A stretch of DNA of 64,000 nt, from the NCBI GenBank assembly GCA_018665815.1, contig JABJBP010000007.1, forward strand, positions 857-64,856, read 5' to 3'. The notes under the pieces are model-generated. The model ran no database searches. It was not told the DNA's origin and was given only the letters and a program-made list of their open reading frames with translations. Shown here one piece after another: positions 8,566 to 18,789 of this stretch; the stretch's first letter is position 1, and each line of letters begins with the position of its first letter. The position numbers and the translations under genes are program-made. The DNA is from Rhodospirillaceae bacterium (GTDB taxonomy: Bacteria > Pseudomonadota > Alphaproteobacteria > Rhodospirillales > Casp-alpha2).

Positions 8566-10005
8566 CTAGTCGTCCATATTGGCCTGGCTGACGAACTTGG
8601 TCTGGCAATAGGCGTTAAAGCCCTCGGGGCCGCCTTCGTAGCCGAAACCGCTGTCCTTCATGCCGCCGAACGGCGCTTCCGCTAACGCCGGTGAGAAATT
8701 GTTGATGCCGATCCAACCCGCTTCCAGGCCATCGGCGACGTTGGTTGCCGTATCCAAAGACCGCGTGAAGGCATAAGCCGCAAGGCCAAGATCCAGGCCA
8801 TTGGCCCGTTCAAGCGCCTCGTCGAACGACGAGAACGGCACGACCGGCGCAATGGGCCCAAAAGGCTCTTCGGTCATGATCGCGGAACTGTCTGAAAGCT
8901 CGTTGAGGACGGTCGGCTCCCAAAAACATCCCTGGTTACCGATCCGGTTGCCCCCGAGCACCGTCTTGGCACCGCCATCAACAGCATCCGCCATCAGTCG
9001 CTCCATGGCGCTGACGCCGCGCTCATTGGCCATCGGGCCCATGGTCACGCCTTCATCCATACCGTCACCGACCTTCAGGTTACGCGCGCATTCGACAAAC
9101 CGATCGAGGAAGCGTTGATAAATGGACTCGTGAACGAAAATTCGGCTAACACCCAAACAGACCTGACCGGCATTGCGGAACTTAAAGCCGGCAGTCATTT
9201 CAGCGGCCTTTTCCGGATCGGCATCGCCAAACACCAAAACCGGCGCGTGTCCGCCCAATTCCATGGTCGCCGGTTTCAACAATTCACCGGCCATGCGGCT
9301 CAGGATTTTGCCGACCGCCACCGACCCCGTCAGCGATATCTTTTTGATGATTGGCGAGCGGATCAAATATTCCGAAACCATGGCGGAATCGCCAAACACC
9401 AGATTAAGTACGCCGTCCGGGACGCCTGCGTCCTGACAGGCTTTGACAATGCCGACCGCGACCCCAGGCGCCTCTTCCGAAGGCTTGATGATGATCGAAC
9501 ACCCGGCGCCCAGGGCGGCGGCAATTTTGCGTGCTGTCATGACGGCGGGGAAATTCCATGGCGAGAACCCGGCGACGGGGCCGATCGGTTCCTTCAGCGT
9601 CGTCTGGCGGAACCCGGGCGCGCGTTGCGGTAACAACCGTCCATAGGTGCGGACACTTTCCGCCGCGCACCATTCGAAAACATCAACGGTCCGATCCAGC
9701 TCCATCCGCGATTCAAGAAGCGGCTTGCCTTGCTCAAGCGTCATGCCATGCGCCAAATCGGAGATACGTTCTTCGATCAACCGTGCCGAGCGCGCCAGTA
9801 TTTTTGAGCGTTCCCACGGCGATGTGGCACGCCATCGCGCAAAACCATCAGCCGAGGTTTCAAGGGCGCGATCCAGATCCGATGCATCGGCACGCGCAAC
9901 CACGGTGACGGCCTCGCCAGTGGCTGGATTGATCACATCTCGAACCTCACCCTGGTTTCCCGCACACCATTCGCCACCAATGAACAATTTGTTTTCATTT
10001 AACAA
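8566..10005 (-). CDS. NAD(P)-dependent aldehyde dehydrogenase (succinate-semialdehyde dehydrogenase-like)
   Basis: 479 aa with ALDH motifs SPWNFP, ELGGHAP, catalytic Cys in FRNAGQVCLGVSR, and EEPFGPIAP. Confidence 0.9.
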   Translation of the reverse strand: MLNENKLFIGGEWCAGNQGEVRDVINPATGEAVTVVARADASDLDRALETSADGFARWRATSPWERSKILARSARLIEERISDLAHGMTLEQGKPLLESRMELDRTVDVFEWCAAESVRTYGRLLPQRAPGFRQTTLKEPIGPVAGFSPWNFPAVMTARKIAAALGAGCSIIIKPSEEAPGVAVGIVKACQDAGVPDGVLNLVFGDSAMVSEYLIRSPIIKKISLTGSVAVGKILSRMAGELLKPATMELGGHAPVLVFGDADPEKAAEMTAGFKFRNAGQVCLGVSRIFVHESIYQRFLDRFVECARNLKVGDGMDEGVTMGPMANERGVSAMERLMADAVDGGAKTVLGGNRIGNQGCFWEPTVLNELSDSSAIMTEEPFGPIAPVVPFSSFDEALERANGLDLGLAAYAFTRSLDTATNVADGLEAGWIGINNFSPALAEAPFGGMKDSGFGYEGGPEGFNAYCQTKFVSQANMDD

Positions 10006-10142
10006 TTTAAAATCTCCCTAGGCATGCCAGACAACACATATCGTCCGTTGCGGATGAATCTAAAAAACTATATTTTTTTTATATATACATTACAATTAAA
10101 TATATAGTATTATTCTTTCATCTAAGCTGTGGGAAAATACCT

Positions 10143-10928
10143 GTGTCTTCAATTGTGGCCAGCATTTCCAAGCGTTTGAGCGTCTTTGAGGGCGGTGAAA
10201 AGAAGCTGCCGAAATATCGCCAGTTGTCCGAGACGATTTTGACCATGATCGACGAAGGCAGGCTTAAGCCCGGCGATCGATTGCCGGCCGAGGCCGCGCT
10301 GGCGCAGGAGCTACCGTTCAGTCTGGGAACTATTCAACAGGCCCTTCGCAACCTTTCGGAGCTTGGGATCGTCAAGCGGACCCAACGGCGCGGCACGGAA
10401 ATCGCCGACCGGTCCCAGGAAATTTTCGATCTCTGGCAATTCCGTTTCATCGATGAGGATGATAATTCAATTCTTCCGGTATTCAGCCGGGTCATTAAGA
10501 TCGATCGTGTCCATCAACAAGGTGCTTGGAGCCGCTTCCTGGGCGGCGAAGATCACTACGTCAGGATCGTTCGTGAGATTGATGTCGGCGATAAATTTCA
10601 GGCGATCAGCTGCTTCTATCTCTTGGGCAGCCAGTTCTCGCCCATCCTGGACCTCAGTCCGGATGCGCTTGAGGGCGTTCATTTAAGCGCTGTCATTCAG
10701 CGGATGTTCGATATGCCAACCGTGCGTACGAACAACCGTGTGGTCTGTTGCGTTATCCCCGATCAAATCTGTCTTCGCCTTGATCTTCCCTCCGGCGCGC
10801 GCGGACTGATCTGTCAAATTCTAGGTTTTGGGCCCAAGGACCAACCGCTGTCATTTCAACAAACATATATTCCAGCTGATAGTGCGCCGATGGAATTTCG
10901 CGAGTTCAAACCAACGTGGTCGTCTTAG
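10143..10928 (+). CDS. GntR-family regulator, HutC/UTRA type (paralog of 30011-30781)
   Basis: HTH reads LPKYRQLSETILTMIDEGRLKPGDRLPAEAALAQELPFSLGTIQQALRNLSELGIV, followed by a UTRA-like C-terminus. It aligns by eye over its full length with the second GntR in the window. GTG start. Confidence 0.85.
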   Translation: MSSIVASISKRLSVFEGGEKKLPKYRQLSETILTMIDEGRLKPGDRLPAEAALAQELPFSLGTIQQALRNLSELGIVKRTQRRGTEIADRSQEIFDLWQFRFIDEDDNSILPVFSRVIKIDRVHQQGAWSRFLGGEDHYVRIVREIDVGDKFQAISCFYLLGSQFSPILDLSPDALEGVHLSAVIQRMFDMPTVRTNNRVVCCVIPDQICLRLDLPSGARGLICQILGFGPKDQPLSFQQTYIPADSAPMEFREFKPTWSS

Positions 10929-10940
10929 GGTCAACCACTC

Positions 10941-11723
10941 TTACCTTTCCTTTTGCCGCCGGTCATTGTCATACCGGTGCGCCCAACCGCTGATCACTTC
11001 GGCGACGTAGTAGGCGTCGGCACGGCTGGTCAGCATGTGATCGGCACCGTCCAGGCAGACAAAGCTTTTGGGATGGCGCGCGGCGCCGTAAATCTGCGCG
11101 GCATTTTCGATTCCGACGACGTCGTCAATGGGGCTGTGGAAAATCAACAGTGCCTTTTGCATGTCGCGTATGGCCTCGCCCAAGCTATGGCCCTCGATGT
11201 CGTCGATAAAGGATTTCTTGATTTTAAAGGGACGCCCGCCAATTTCGACATTCGCTTCGCCAGACGCCTCAATCTCGCCACGCGCCTCGGAAAAATGATG
11301 AGCGACGTGTTCGGGGTCGGCCGGCGCGCCGATGGTGCAAATGGCGCGGGCCTCGGGAATATTGCCGGCCGCGGCAAGTACCGCGGCGCCGCCCAGGCTG
11401 TGGCCGATCAACATTCTGGGCGCGTTGTAATTGTCGCGCAGAAAGGCCGAGGCTGCGACCAGATCAGCGACGTTGGTTGAGAACGTGGTGTTGGCGAAAT
11501 CGCCTTCGCTGTCACCGAGACCGGTGAAATCGAACCGGAACACGGCAAACCCGCGAAGCCACAAAGCCTTGGCGATCCGCACCCCGGCAAGGACATCTTT
11601 TGAGCCCGTGAAGCAATGCGCAAACAAGACGTAATTTCTGGGCTCGCGGTCATCCGGTAAATCCAGGCGCCCGGCAAGCTCATGGCCGGCGGCGCCTGTG
11701 AAACTCAATCGTTCTTGCGGCAT
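10941..11723 (-). CDS. Alpha/beta hydrolase
   Basis: 260 aa with nucleophile elbow GHSLGG and FDFTGLGDSEG. Confidence 0.8.
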   Translation of the reverse strand: MPQERLSFTGAAGHELAGRLDLPDDREPRNYVLFAHCFTGSKDVLAGVRIAKALWLRGFAVFRFDFTGLGDSEGDFANTTFSTNVADLVAASAFLRDNYNAPRMLIGHSLGGAAVLAAAGNIPEARAICTIGAPADPEHVAHHFSEARGEIEASGEANVEIGGRPFKIKKSFIDDIEGHSLGEAIRDMQKALLIFHSPIDDVVGIENAAQIYGAARHPKSFVCLDGADHMLTSRADAYYVAEVISGWAHRYDNDRRQKER

Positions 11724-11766
11724 GGTTCTACTCCTTCATGTGTTCCCAGCGGTGCGTCTGTATTGT

Positions 11767-12771
11767 TCATGTCGTTGAATTCGAATTTGCGGCTTTCCCG
11801 TGGACCACCATCCGCTCAGCGGCGAAGGGTGCCATAACCTTGACTGGGCCGGCGATCATTTCATCGCTGATGGCGCAGGCGTGGTCAGCCGTAAGATCGA
11901 ACAACGGATCGGCCGGCTTGCCAATGAGATGCAAGGTGCGGGCCGCGCCATCCTGCCCCTCCCCATCAAGGGGCAGGATGGCCAAATGTTTTGCGAACCC
12001 CCGCCCATGCACGAGGCACAATGGTGTTGTGATGGCCCAACCCAAACCGGCCGCGACCATGGGCAGAACCGCATCCGAGCCGTCGAACTCCAATGAGCGC
12101 GGCGCGTCAATGCCGCGCGCTGTCAGAATCGCTTCAGCCTGAACACCGATGTGAGATCGAATGGAGTAGCGGACCAATGGATGGTTATTCGCCAAATCGC
12201 TGAGCCGAGGCTTCGCCGCGCCGCCGGCCAATTGAGCGGGCACGATGAGCACGAACGGCTCGGTAACGATGGGCCGGCACCGCATACCGCTGGGCGCGCG
12301 GGTTTCCGTTGAGATAATCATGTCCAGACGGCGTTCCGCCAGATCGCTCATCAGATTGGGCGTGATCCCCGACCAAACCGAAATCCTTTCCGCATGACGC
12401 CGAAGTTGCCGGATCAATGCCGGACCGACCGTAGCGGCGAACGAGTCGACCAATCCCAGCCGCATCGCCGGCGCCTCGGTCTCGGCGGCACGGCGCACCG
12501 TGTCACTCAACCGATTGCCAGCGGCCAGGTATTCTTGGCCGCCTTCAAGCAATGCTGTGCCCGCCGGTGTAACCCCAAGAGGGCGGCAAGCACGATTCAA
12601 TAGCGCCATGCCCAGGCTGGATTCCAGGCGTGCCATGGCTTGCGAAACCGCTGATTGCGTGAGCCCCAGGCGACGCGCCGCCAGGGTCATGGACCCGGTC
12701 TCGGCGACGGCCAAGAACATCACCAACCCTTGCGGATCGATCATCGGATCATGAGGTTCGGTTTTGACCAT
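11767..12771 (-). CDS. LysR-family transcriptional regulator
   Basis: HTH reads FLAVAETGSMTLAARRLGLTQSAVSQAMARLE, with a periplasmic-binding-fold C-terminus. Divergent from the prpD-like/sox genes. Confidence 0.9.
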   Translation of the reverse strand: MVKTEPHDPMIDPQGLVMFLAVAETGSMTLAARRLGLTQSAVSQAMARLESSLGMALLNRACRPLGVTPAGTALLEGGQEYLAAGNRLSDTVRRAAETEAPAMRLGLVDSFAATVGPALIRQLRRHAERISVWSGITPNLMSDLAERRLDMIISTETRAPSGMRCRPIVTEPFVLIVPAQLAGGAAKPRLSDLANNHPLVRYSIRSHIGVQAEAILTARGIDAPRSLEFDGSDAVLPMVAAGLGWAITTPLCLVHGRGFAKHLAILPLDGEGQDGAARTLHLIGKPADPLFDLTADHACAISDEMIAGPVKVMAPFAAERMVVHGKAANSNSTT

Positions 12772-12868
12772 AAATAATTTAAATTAATTATTATCAATAA
12801 TTTTATTAATGTTATGACAATCTCGACCACACCGTCAATAATCCTGTGGATAACAGGAGTACGCTTTC

Positions 12869-14233
12869 ATGTCCCGTGTTCCGGCCTGTCAAATTGCCGG
12901 CGAATGGCTTTCAGGTTTTAGCCTGGGTGATGCGCCGGAAACCGTGCGCCGCCAAGGCATCCAATGCCTGGTTGATGTCATCGGTTGCACCCTCGGCGGC
13001 GCGGCCACTGATATCGCCACCACTTTGCGTGCACATGTGGCAGACGAATACGGCGACGGCCGATGCCGCATCATTGGCACGGATACCTTCACGACGGCGT
13101 CGGGCGCAGCAATGGCCAACGGTGTCGCCGCGCATGTGTTGGATTTTGATGACACGTGTTATGCCGGCATCGCGCACGGTTCAGCGACGGTGGCCCCGGC
13201 CGTGTTGGCCGCAGCCGCCTTGTCTGGCGCCGATGGCCAGAAAGTTCTCGCCGGCCTAATCTGTGGGCTGGAAGTCGAATACGGGCTCGGCAAGGCGTTT
13301 TCCAATAGCTTCTATATGCGTGGCTGGTGGGCCACCTCGGTGTTAGGCACCATCGGCGCGGCGGCCGGGGCGGCAAGAGTTCTGGGTCTGGACGGCGAAA
13401 CCGCAGGCCGGGCCGTTGCCCTGTCTACCGCCGGCGCAAACGGTGTTCGCGCGACACTCGGCAGTGATGCCAAACCCGTACTCAACGGCCAGGCTGCGGC
13501 GGCAGGACTGAACGCCGCCCTACTGGCCGGACGCGGCATCACCGTGGCCTTGGATATCATCGAGGATTCCCGAGGGCTGGCGCAGGTCATCAACGATGGC
13601 ACGTTCGACCCGGTCACTTTCGATCAATTGGGTAAAGATTATTCGCTGCTTGATCCCGGCATTTTCATCAAACCTTTCCCCTGCTGTTCTGCAGCCCACG
13701 CGGCGGCTGAAGCGGTAGGTGATCTCATGCGGACAGAAGGTTTGAACGGCTACGCCATTGAGGCAGTCATCTGCGGGGTGCCCAACCTGGTTAATTTCTC
13801 TCTGGCCTTCCCGTCACCCGCGGCCGTCACCGAAGCGCAATTTTCGATGCCCTATATCATCGGCTGCCTGCTCACCTTCGGCCGCTTTGGTGTGGAAGAG
13901 TTGCGCGCTGAGCTTCTCGCCGATGAGCGCTTGATCAAAGCCATGGCGAAGGTCCGAATGATCGAAGATGAGACCCTGACAACCCAATCCGAAGCCGGGG
14001 AGATTGGCCCGGAATGCGCCCGTGTCATCATCACGACAACCGATGGTCGGACCTTTGACGCCTTCAACTCGGTTGCCATCGGTGCGCCGTCAAAACCCAT
14101 GAGCCGAGACGCTTTGGACGAAAAATTCCTGGCGCTGGCCGCCCATGGCGGCCACGCTGACGAGGCTCAAGATTGGTTGGCTGGACTCTACGATATCGAA
14201 ACATCCGAACGTTCTTTGAACCTGTGGACTTAA
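12869..14233 (+). CDS. MmgE/PrpD-family protein
   Basis: 454 aa. The typical family N-terminus layout reads DVIGCTLGG...HVLDFDDT...HGSATVAPAVLA. The stop lies 11 nt before the soxB start. Confidence 0.8.
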   Translation: MSRVPACQIAGEWLSGFSLGDAPETVRRQGIQCLVDVIGCTLGGAATDIATTLRAHVADEYGDGRCRIIGTDTFTTASGAAMANGVAAHVLDFDDTCYAGIAHGSATVAPAVLAAAALSGADGQKVLAGLICGLEVEYGLGKAFSNSFYMRGWWATSVLGTIGAAAGAARVLGLDGETAGRAVALSTAGANGVRATLGSDAKPVLNGQAAAAGLNAALLAGRGITVALDIIEDSRGLAQVINDGTFDPVTFDQLGKDYSLLDPGIFIKPFPCCSAAHAAAEAVGDLMRTEGLNGYAIEAVICGVPNLVNFSLAFPSPAAVTEAQFSMPYIIGCLLTFGRFGVEELRAELLADERLIKAMAKVRMIEDETLTTQSEAGEIGPECARVIITTTDGRTFDAFNSVAIGAPSKPMSRDALDEKFLALAAHGGHADEAQDWLAGLYDIETSERSLNLWT

Positions 14234-14244
14234 GGACAAGCCCT

Positions 14245-15501
14245 GTGACCCGTTATTCCATCTTTTCCCTGGCCCGAAACGCGTTGACCGGCCACAAAAA
14301 CTGGCCCCAGGCCTGGCGCAGCCCTGAGCCCAAGCCCGAATATGACGTCATCATCATCGGGGCCGGCGGACACGGTTTGGGCACCGCTTATTACCTGGCT
14401 AAGAACCACGGCATCACCAATATCGCGGTGCTTGAGAAAGGCTGGCTGGGTGGCGGCAACACGGGGCGTAACACAACCATCGTTCGCGCCAATTATGAGC
14501 GCACTGAAAATGAGTTGTTTTACGAACATTCCCTGAAGCTCTGGGAAACCATGAGCCAGGATCTGAACTTCAACGTCATGTTCTCACAGCGCGGCGTCAT
14601 CAATCTCGCCCATTCCGATGCCCAGGTTGATGCTTTTCAGCGGCGCGGAAATGCAATGATCTTGAACGGCTCGGATGCGATGCTCCTGAACCCCGCCGAA
14701 ATTAAGGCCCGCGCCCCACATCTGGATTGCTCAGCCGATGCGCGCTTCCCCATCAAGGGCGGCTTGCTGCAACCGCGTGGCGGCACCGCACGCCACGATG
14801 GCGTCGCCTGGGGGTACGCCCGCGCCGCCGATGCCCGGGGCGTCGACATCATCCAAAATTGCGAGGTTACGGGCCTGGATATATCAAATGGGCAGATCAC
14901 CGGCGTACAAACGACACGCGGCGCCATCAAGGCCAAGAAAGTCGGCATCGCGGTGGCTGGCCATACCGGGCATTTGGCCACCATGGCGGGTATGCGGCTG
15001 CCAATCGAATCACACGTTCTGCAAGCCATGGTCTCGGAACCCGTCAAACCGTGCCTCGATACGGTGATCACATCGGGCGCCGTGCATTGCTATATCTCAC
15101 AATCCGACAAGGGCGAGCTGGTCATGGGCGGCGATCTGGATTTTTACAATTCATATGCCCAGCGCGGCAATTTCCCGCGCATCGAAGACGTCGTCTCATC
15201 CGTCATCACAATGTTCCCGTCGTTCAGCCGATTGCGCCTGATGCGCACCTGGGGCGGGGTCATGGATATGTCCATGGACGGCAGCCCGATTATCTCAAAA
15301 ACCCCGACCAAAGGCTTCTACATCAACGGCGGCTGGTGTTACGGCGGCTTCAAGGCGACGCCGGGCTCGGCTTGGGTCTTCGCCCACACCATCGCCAATG
15401 ACGAGCCCCATGAACTCAATGGCCAGTATCGCCTGGAACGGTTCCAGCAGGGCCACATGATCGATGAACACGGGGCCGGGCCGACGCCCGGCGCGCACTG
15501 A
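14245..15501 (+). CDS. soxB: Heterotetrameric sarcosine oxidase, beta subunit
   Basis: Reads VTRYSIFSLARNALTGHKNWPQAWRSPEPKPEYDVIIIGAGGHGLGTAYYL. GTG 14245 is preceded by AAGGA. The track ORF (14173) would overlap the prpD-like gene. Confidence 0.9.
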   Translation: MTRYSIFSLARNALTGHKNWPQAWRSPEPKPEYDVIIIGAGGHGLGTAYYLAKNHGITNIAVLEKGWLGGGNTGRNTTIVRANYERTENELFYEHSLKLWETMSQDLNFNVMFSQRGVINLAHSDAQVDAFQRRGNAMILNGSDAMLLNPAEIKARAPHLDCSADARFPIKGGLLQPRGGTARHDGVAWGYARAADARGVDIIQNCEVTGLDISNGQITGVQTTRGAIKAKKVGIAVAGHTGHLATMAGMRLPIESHVLQAMVSEPVKPCLDTVITSGAVHCYISQSDKGELVMGGDLDFYNSYAQRGNFPRIEDVVSSVITMFPSFSRLRLMRTWGGVMDMSMDGSPIISKTPTKGFYINGGWCYGGFKATPGSAWVFAHTIANDEPHELNGQYRLERFQQGHMIDEHGAGPTPGAH

Positions 15502-15514
15502 GAGGGATTGAGAG

Positions 15515-15793
15515 ATGTTGGAAATCAAATGCCCTTGGTGTGGACCGCGCGCCCAGACCGAATTTTCCTACGCCGGCGACGCGACGTTGACTCGTCCCAG
15601 TTTAGATACCGCCACTGAGACAGAATGGTACGAACACGTCTATCTTCGCGGCAATCCGCGCGGTCCGCATGATGAGTTGTGGCATCACGCCGCCGGCTGC
15701 CGGCGTTTCGTGAAGGTGCGCCGCGACGTCACCACCCACGAAATCATCGCTACCGCCGGCCCTCACGAACACTTAGGCGGAGGCGGTAAATGA
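15515..15793 (+). CDS. soxD: Sarcosine oxidase, delta subunit
   Basis: 92 aa; CPWCGPR...HAAGCRRF zinc-ribbon-like SoxD signature. Confidence 0.9.
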   Translation: MLEIKCPWCGPRAQTEFSYAGDATLTRPSLDTATETEWYEHVYLRGNPRGPHDELWHHAAGCRRFVKVRRDVTTHEIIATAGPHEHLGGGGK

Positions 15794-18789
15794 CTGGCCA
15801 AGCGTTCCGTAATGCGGACGGCGGGGGCATTGACCGCACCAAGCCCCTGACCTTCACCTTCGACGGCAAATCCTATCAGGGCCACTGCGGCGACACCTTG
15901 GCTTCGGCGCTGCTGGCCAATGGCGTGCGTCTGGTCGGGCGCAGCTTCAAATATCACCGCCCGCGCGGCATCTTCGGCGCCGGCGTCGAAGAACCCAACG
16001 CGCTCGTTCAATTGCGCCAAGGTGCCAGGACCGAGCCCAACATCCCGGCGACACGGATTGAACTTTACGATGGTCTTGTCGCCACAAGTCAAAACCGTTG
16101 GCCCAGCCTGAAGTTTGATATCGGCGCCATCAATGCGGTGCTGCATAAATTGTTCCCCGCCGGATTCTATTACAAAACCTTCATGTGGCCGGCGAAGCTC
16201 TGGCCGATGTACGAGCACTTCATCCGCCATATCGCCGGCATGGGCAAAACACCCACCGAGCCGGACCCGGATGACTACGCGCACCGGTTTGCCCATTGCG
16301 ACGTTTTGGTTTGCGGCGGCGGCCCGGCTGGCTTGGCAACAGCACTGGTGGCGGGGCGCAGTGGCGCCAGGGTTGTGCTGTGTGATGAAAACGACACGTT
16401 CGGCGGCGCGCTGCGCTCACAACCGCAAACCATCGACTCCCGGCCCGCTATGGATTGGGTGCGCGATACGGCGACCGAACTGGGCCGTCTTGAAAACGTC
16501 ACCGTGCTCAACCGCACGACGGCGACGGCGTATTACGATCACAACATGGTCGTCCTTGATGAACGGGTCGCCGATCACAAGATCGCCCCGGAGAACCATG
16601 AACCCCGCCACCGGCTGTGGCAGGTCCGTGCCCAAGAGGTCGTGCTGACCACCGGTGCCATCGAACGGCCGTTGATCTTCGCCGGTAACGATCGGCCTGG
16701 GGTCATGCTGGCGTCCGCGGCACAAACCTATGCCAATCAGTTTGGTGTGCGGGCCGGCGAGCGGACCGTCGTGTTCACCAACAATTCCTCAGCCTATGCC
16801 GCCGCCGTCGACCTACAAGCCGCCGGCATTGAAATCCAAGCCATCATTGATGCCCGCAACGAGCCGCCCGCCGGCGATCTGACCCGCGCCAAAGACGCCG
16901 GGATCGGTGTTCTGACGGGCCACGCTGTCGTCGCCGCGCTTGGCAATCATGCAGTCAACAGCGTCACTGTCATGGCACTCAACGAGGACGGCGCGGACGT
17001 CACCGGCGAGCCGCATGATATTCTGTGTGATCTGGTGGCTGTCTCCGGGGGCTGGTCACCCAGCGTGCATCTATTCTCCCAATCGCGCGGCAAGCTGCGC
17101 TATGACGACGATCTCACTGCCTTTGTCCCCGACCGATCCTTTCAACGCGAACGCTCGGCCGGCGCGGCGAACGGATCGTTTGATTTGTCCGAATGCCTGA
17201 GCGAAGGCTTCACTGCCGGCGCCAAGGCGGCCAGCCAAGCCGGATTCGAAGCTGCCGCAATGGCTGCGCCAACTTGCGGCACTGAACCCGAACTCCGACC
17301 ACGTGCGCTCTGGGCCGTGCCGTTGCCGGACTTTCTGCACGGCAAGCGGTTCCTGGATTTGCAGAACGATGTCACTGCCGACGACGTCGGTCTCGCATAC
17401 CGCGAAGGCTACCGCTCCGTCGAACATTTGAAGCGCTATACGACACTGGGCATGGGCACCGACCAAGGCCGGACCTCGAACGTCAACGGATTGGCCCTGA
17501 TGGCCGGGCGCCGATGTGAAGCCATTCCCGCCGTCGGCACCACAACCTTCCGCCAACCATTCACGCCGATCCCCATGGGTGCCATCGCCGGCGCCGACAG
17601 CCATGACCACGTATCACCGACAAGGCTGAGCCCGCTGTATCAATGGCACAAAGATCACGGCGCGCCGTTCACCACCGCCGGCTACTGGATGCGTGCCCAA
17701 GCCTACCCACAAGGTGGCGAAACCCTAGAGGAGGCGTATCTCCGCGAGGCCAAGCATGTGCGCGAAAAAGTCGGCATCGTTGACGTCTCGACGCTCGGCA
17801 AAATCGATCTGCAGGGCAAGGACGCGGCGGAATTCCTAAACCGTGTCTACATCAACGGTTTCGCCAAACTGGCCGTCGGCAAATGCCGCTATGGGGTAAT
17901 GCTGCGCGACGACGGCATTGTTTTCGACGACGGCACCGTGACCCGCATCGCCGAACACCGTTTCCTAATCACGACGACGACACTGCATGCCGGTGCCGTG
18001 ATGACGCATCTGGAATACCTTGCTCAGGTTGAATGGCCGGAATTGGATGTCCGGATGATTTCCGTCACCGACGACTGGACTGGCATCGCCCTGGCCGGAC
18101 CTCGGGCGCGGGCCGTTCTGGAGTGTGTCACCGAAGGTGACGTTAGTGACGTCGCCTTGCCGTTCATGGGCTTCCAGGAAACCCATATCGCCGGCGCGGC
18201 CGCCCGGCTATACCGGATCAGTTTTTCCGGCGAGCAGGCCTATGAGATCAACATGGCACCGGGCCACGCACTGGCCGTGTGGGAAGCCCTATTGGAAGCC
18301 GGCGCTGCGGACGACATCATTCCTTATGGCTCGGAAGCCATGAACATCCTGCGCATTGAGAAAGGTCATGTCGTCGGCGGCGAATTGAACGGCCGGACAA
18401 CGGCGGCGGACTTGGGCTTCGGCAAAATGATGTCGAGCCAAAAGCCATTCGTCGGCCACGTCCTGGCGGGCCGCGAAGGCTTGAACGGAGAAGGCCGCCA
18501 ACAATTGGTCGGCCTGATCCCAGTTAACGGGCGCTCACGCATTCCTCGCGGCGCCCAGATCATCGCAGACACCGGCGCCAAGACGCCCATACCCAGGCTT
18601 GGCGAGGTCACCTCGCAATGCATGAGCCCCAATCTCGGCCATCCCATCGGTTTGGGCATCCTGGCCAACGGCCGGGCCCGCATCGGCGACACCTTGCAGG
18701 CCCATTCCCCACTGACCAAGCAAAGCGTGGCGGTCACCGTCACCGACCCCATCTTCATTGACCCGGCGGGAGAACGTCTCCGTGGCTGA
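15790..18789 (+). CDS. soxA: Sarcosine oxidase, alpha subunit
   Basis: 999 aa. The N-terminal 2Fe-2S-like/NAD region has VLVCGGGPAGLA, and the C-terminal aminomethyltransferase (GcvT-like) fold has DVSTLGKIDLQG. The start overlaps the soxD stop by 4 nt. Confidence 0.9.
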   Translation: MTGQAFRNADGGGIDRTKPLTFTFDGKSYQGHCGDTLASALLANGVRLVGRSFKYHRPRGIFGAGVEEPNALVQLRQGARTEPNIPATRIELYDGLVATSQNRWPSLKFDIGAINAVLHKLFPAGFYYKTFMWPAKLWPMYEHFIRHIAGMGKTPTEPDPDDYAHRFAHCDVLVCGGGPAGLATALVAGRSGARVVLCDENDTFGGALRSQPQTIDSRPAMDWVRDTATELGRLENVTVLNRTTATAYYDHNMVVLDERVADHKIAPENHEPRHRLWQVRAQEVVLTTGAIERPLIFAGNDRPGVMLASAAQTYANQFGVRAGERTVVFTNNSSAYAAAVDLQAAGIEIQAIIDARNEPPAGDLTRAKDAGIGVLTGHAVVAALGNHAVNSVTVMALNEDGADVTGEPHDILCDLVAVSGGWSPSVHLFSQSRGKLRYDDDLTAFVPDRSFQRERSAGAANGSFDLSECLSEGFTAGAKAASQAGFEAAAMAAPTCGTEPELRPRALWAVPLPDFLHGKRFLDLQNDVTADDVGLAYREGYRSVEHLKRYTTLGMGTDQGRTSNVNGLALMAGRRCEAIPAVGTTTFRQPFTPIPMGAIAGADSHDHVSPTRLSPLYQWHKDHGAPFTTAGYWMRAQAYPQGGETLEEAYLREAKHVREKVGIVDVSTLGKIDLQGKDAAEFLNRVYINGFAKLAVGKCRYGVMLRDDGIVFDDGTVTRIAEHRFLITTTTLHAGAVMTHLEYLAQVEWPELDVRMISVTDDWTGIALAGPRARAVLECVTEGDVSDVALPFMGFQETHIAGAAARLYRISFSGEQAYEINMAPGHALAVWEALLEAGAADDIIPYGSEAMNILRIEKGHVVGGELNGRTTAADLGFGKMMSSQKPFVGHVLAGREGLNGEGRQQLVGLIPVNGRSRIPRGAQIIADTGAKTPIPRLGEVTSQCMSPNLGHPIGLGILANGRARIGDTLQAHSPLTKQSVAVTVTDPIFIDPAGERLRG

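Noticed and set aside
15763-17610. Several 170-180-aa minus-strand ORFs inside soxA (15763-16296 and 17071-17610) and plus-strand out-of-frame ORFs (16115-16648)
   Set aside because: These are GC-rich shadow frames. soxA is continuous and family-typical over 999 aa.
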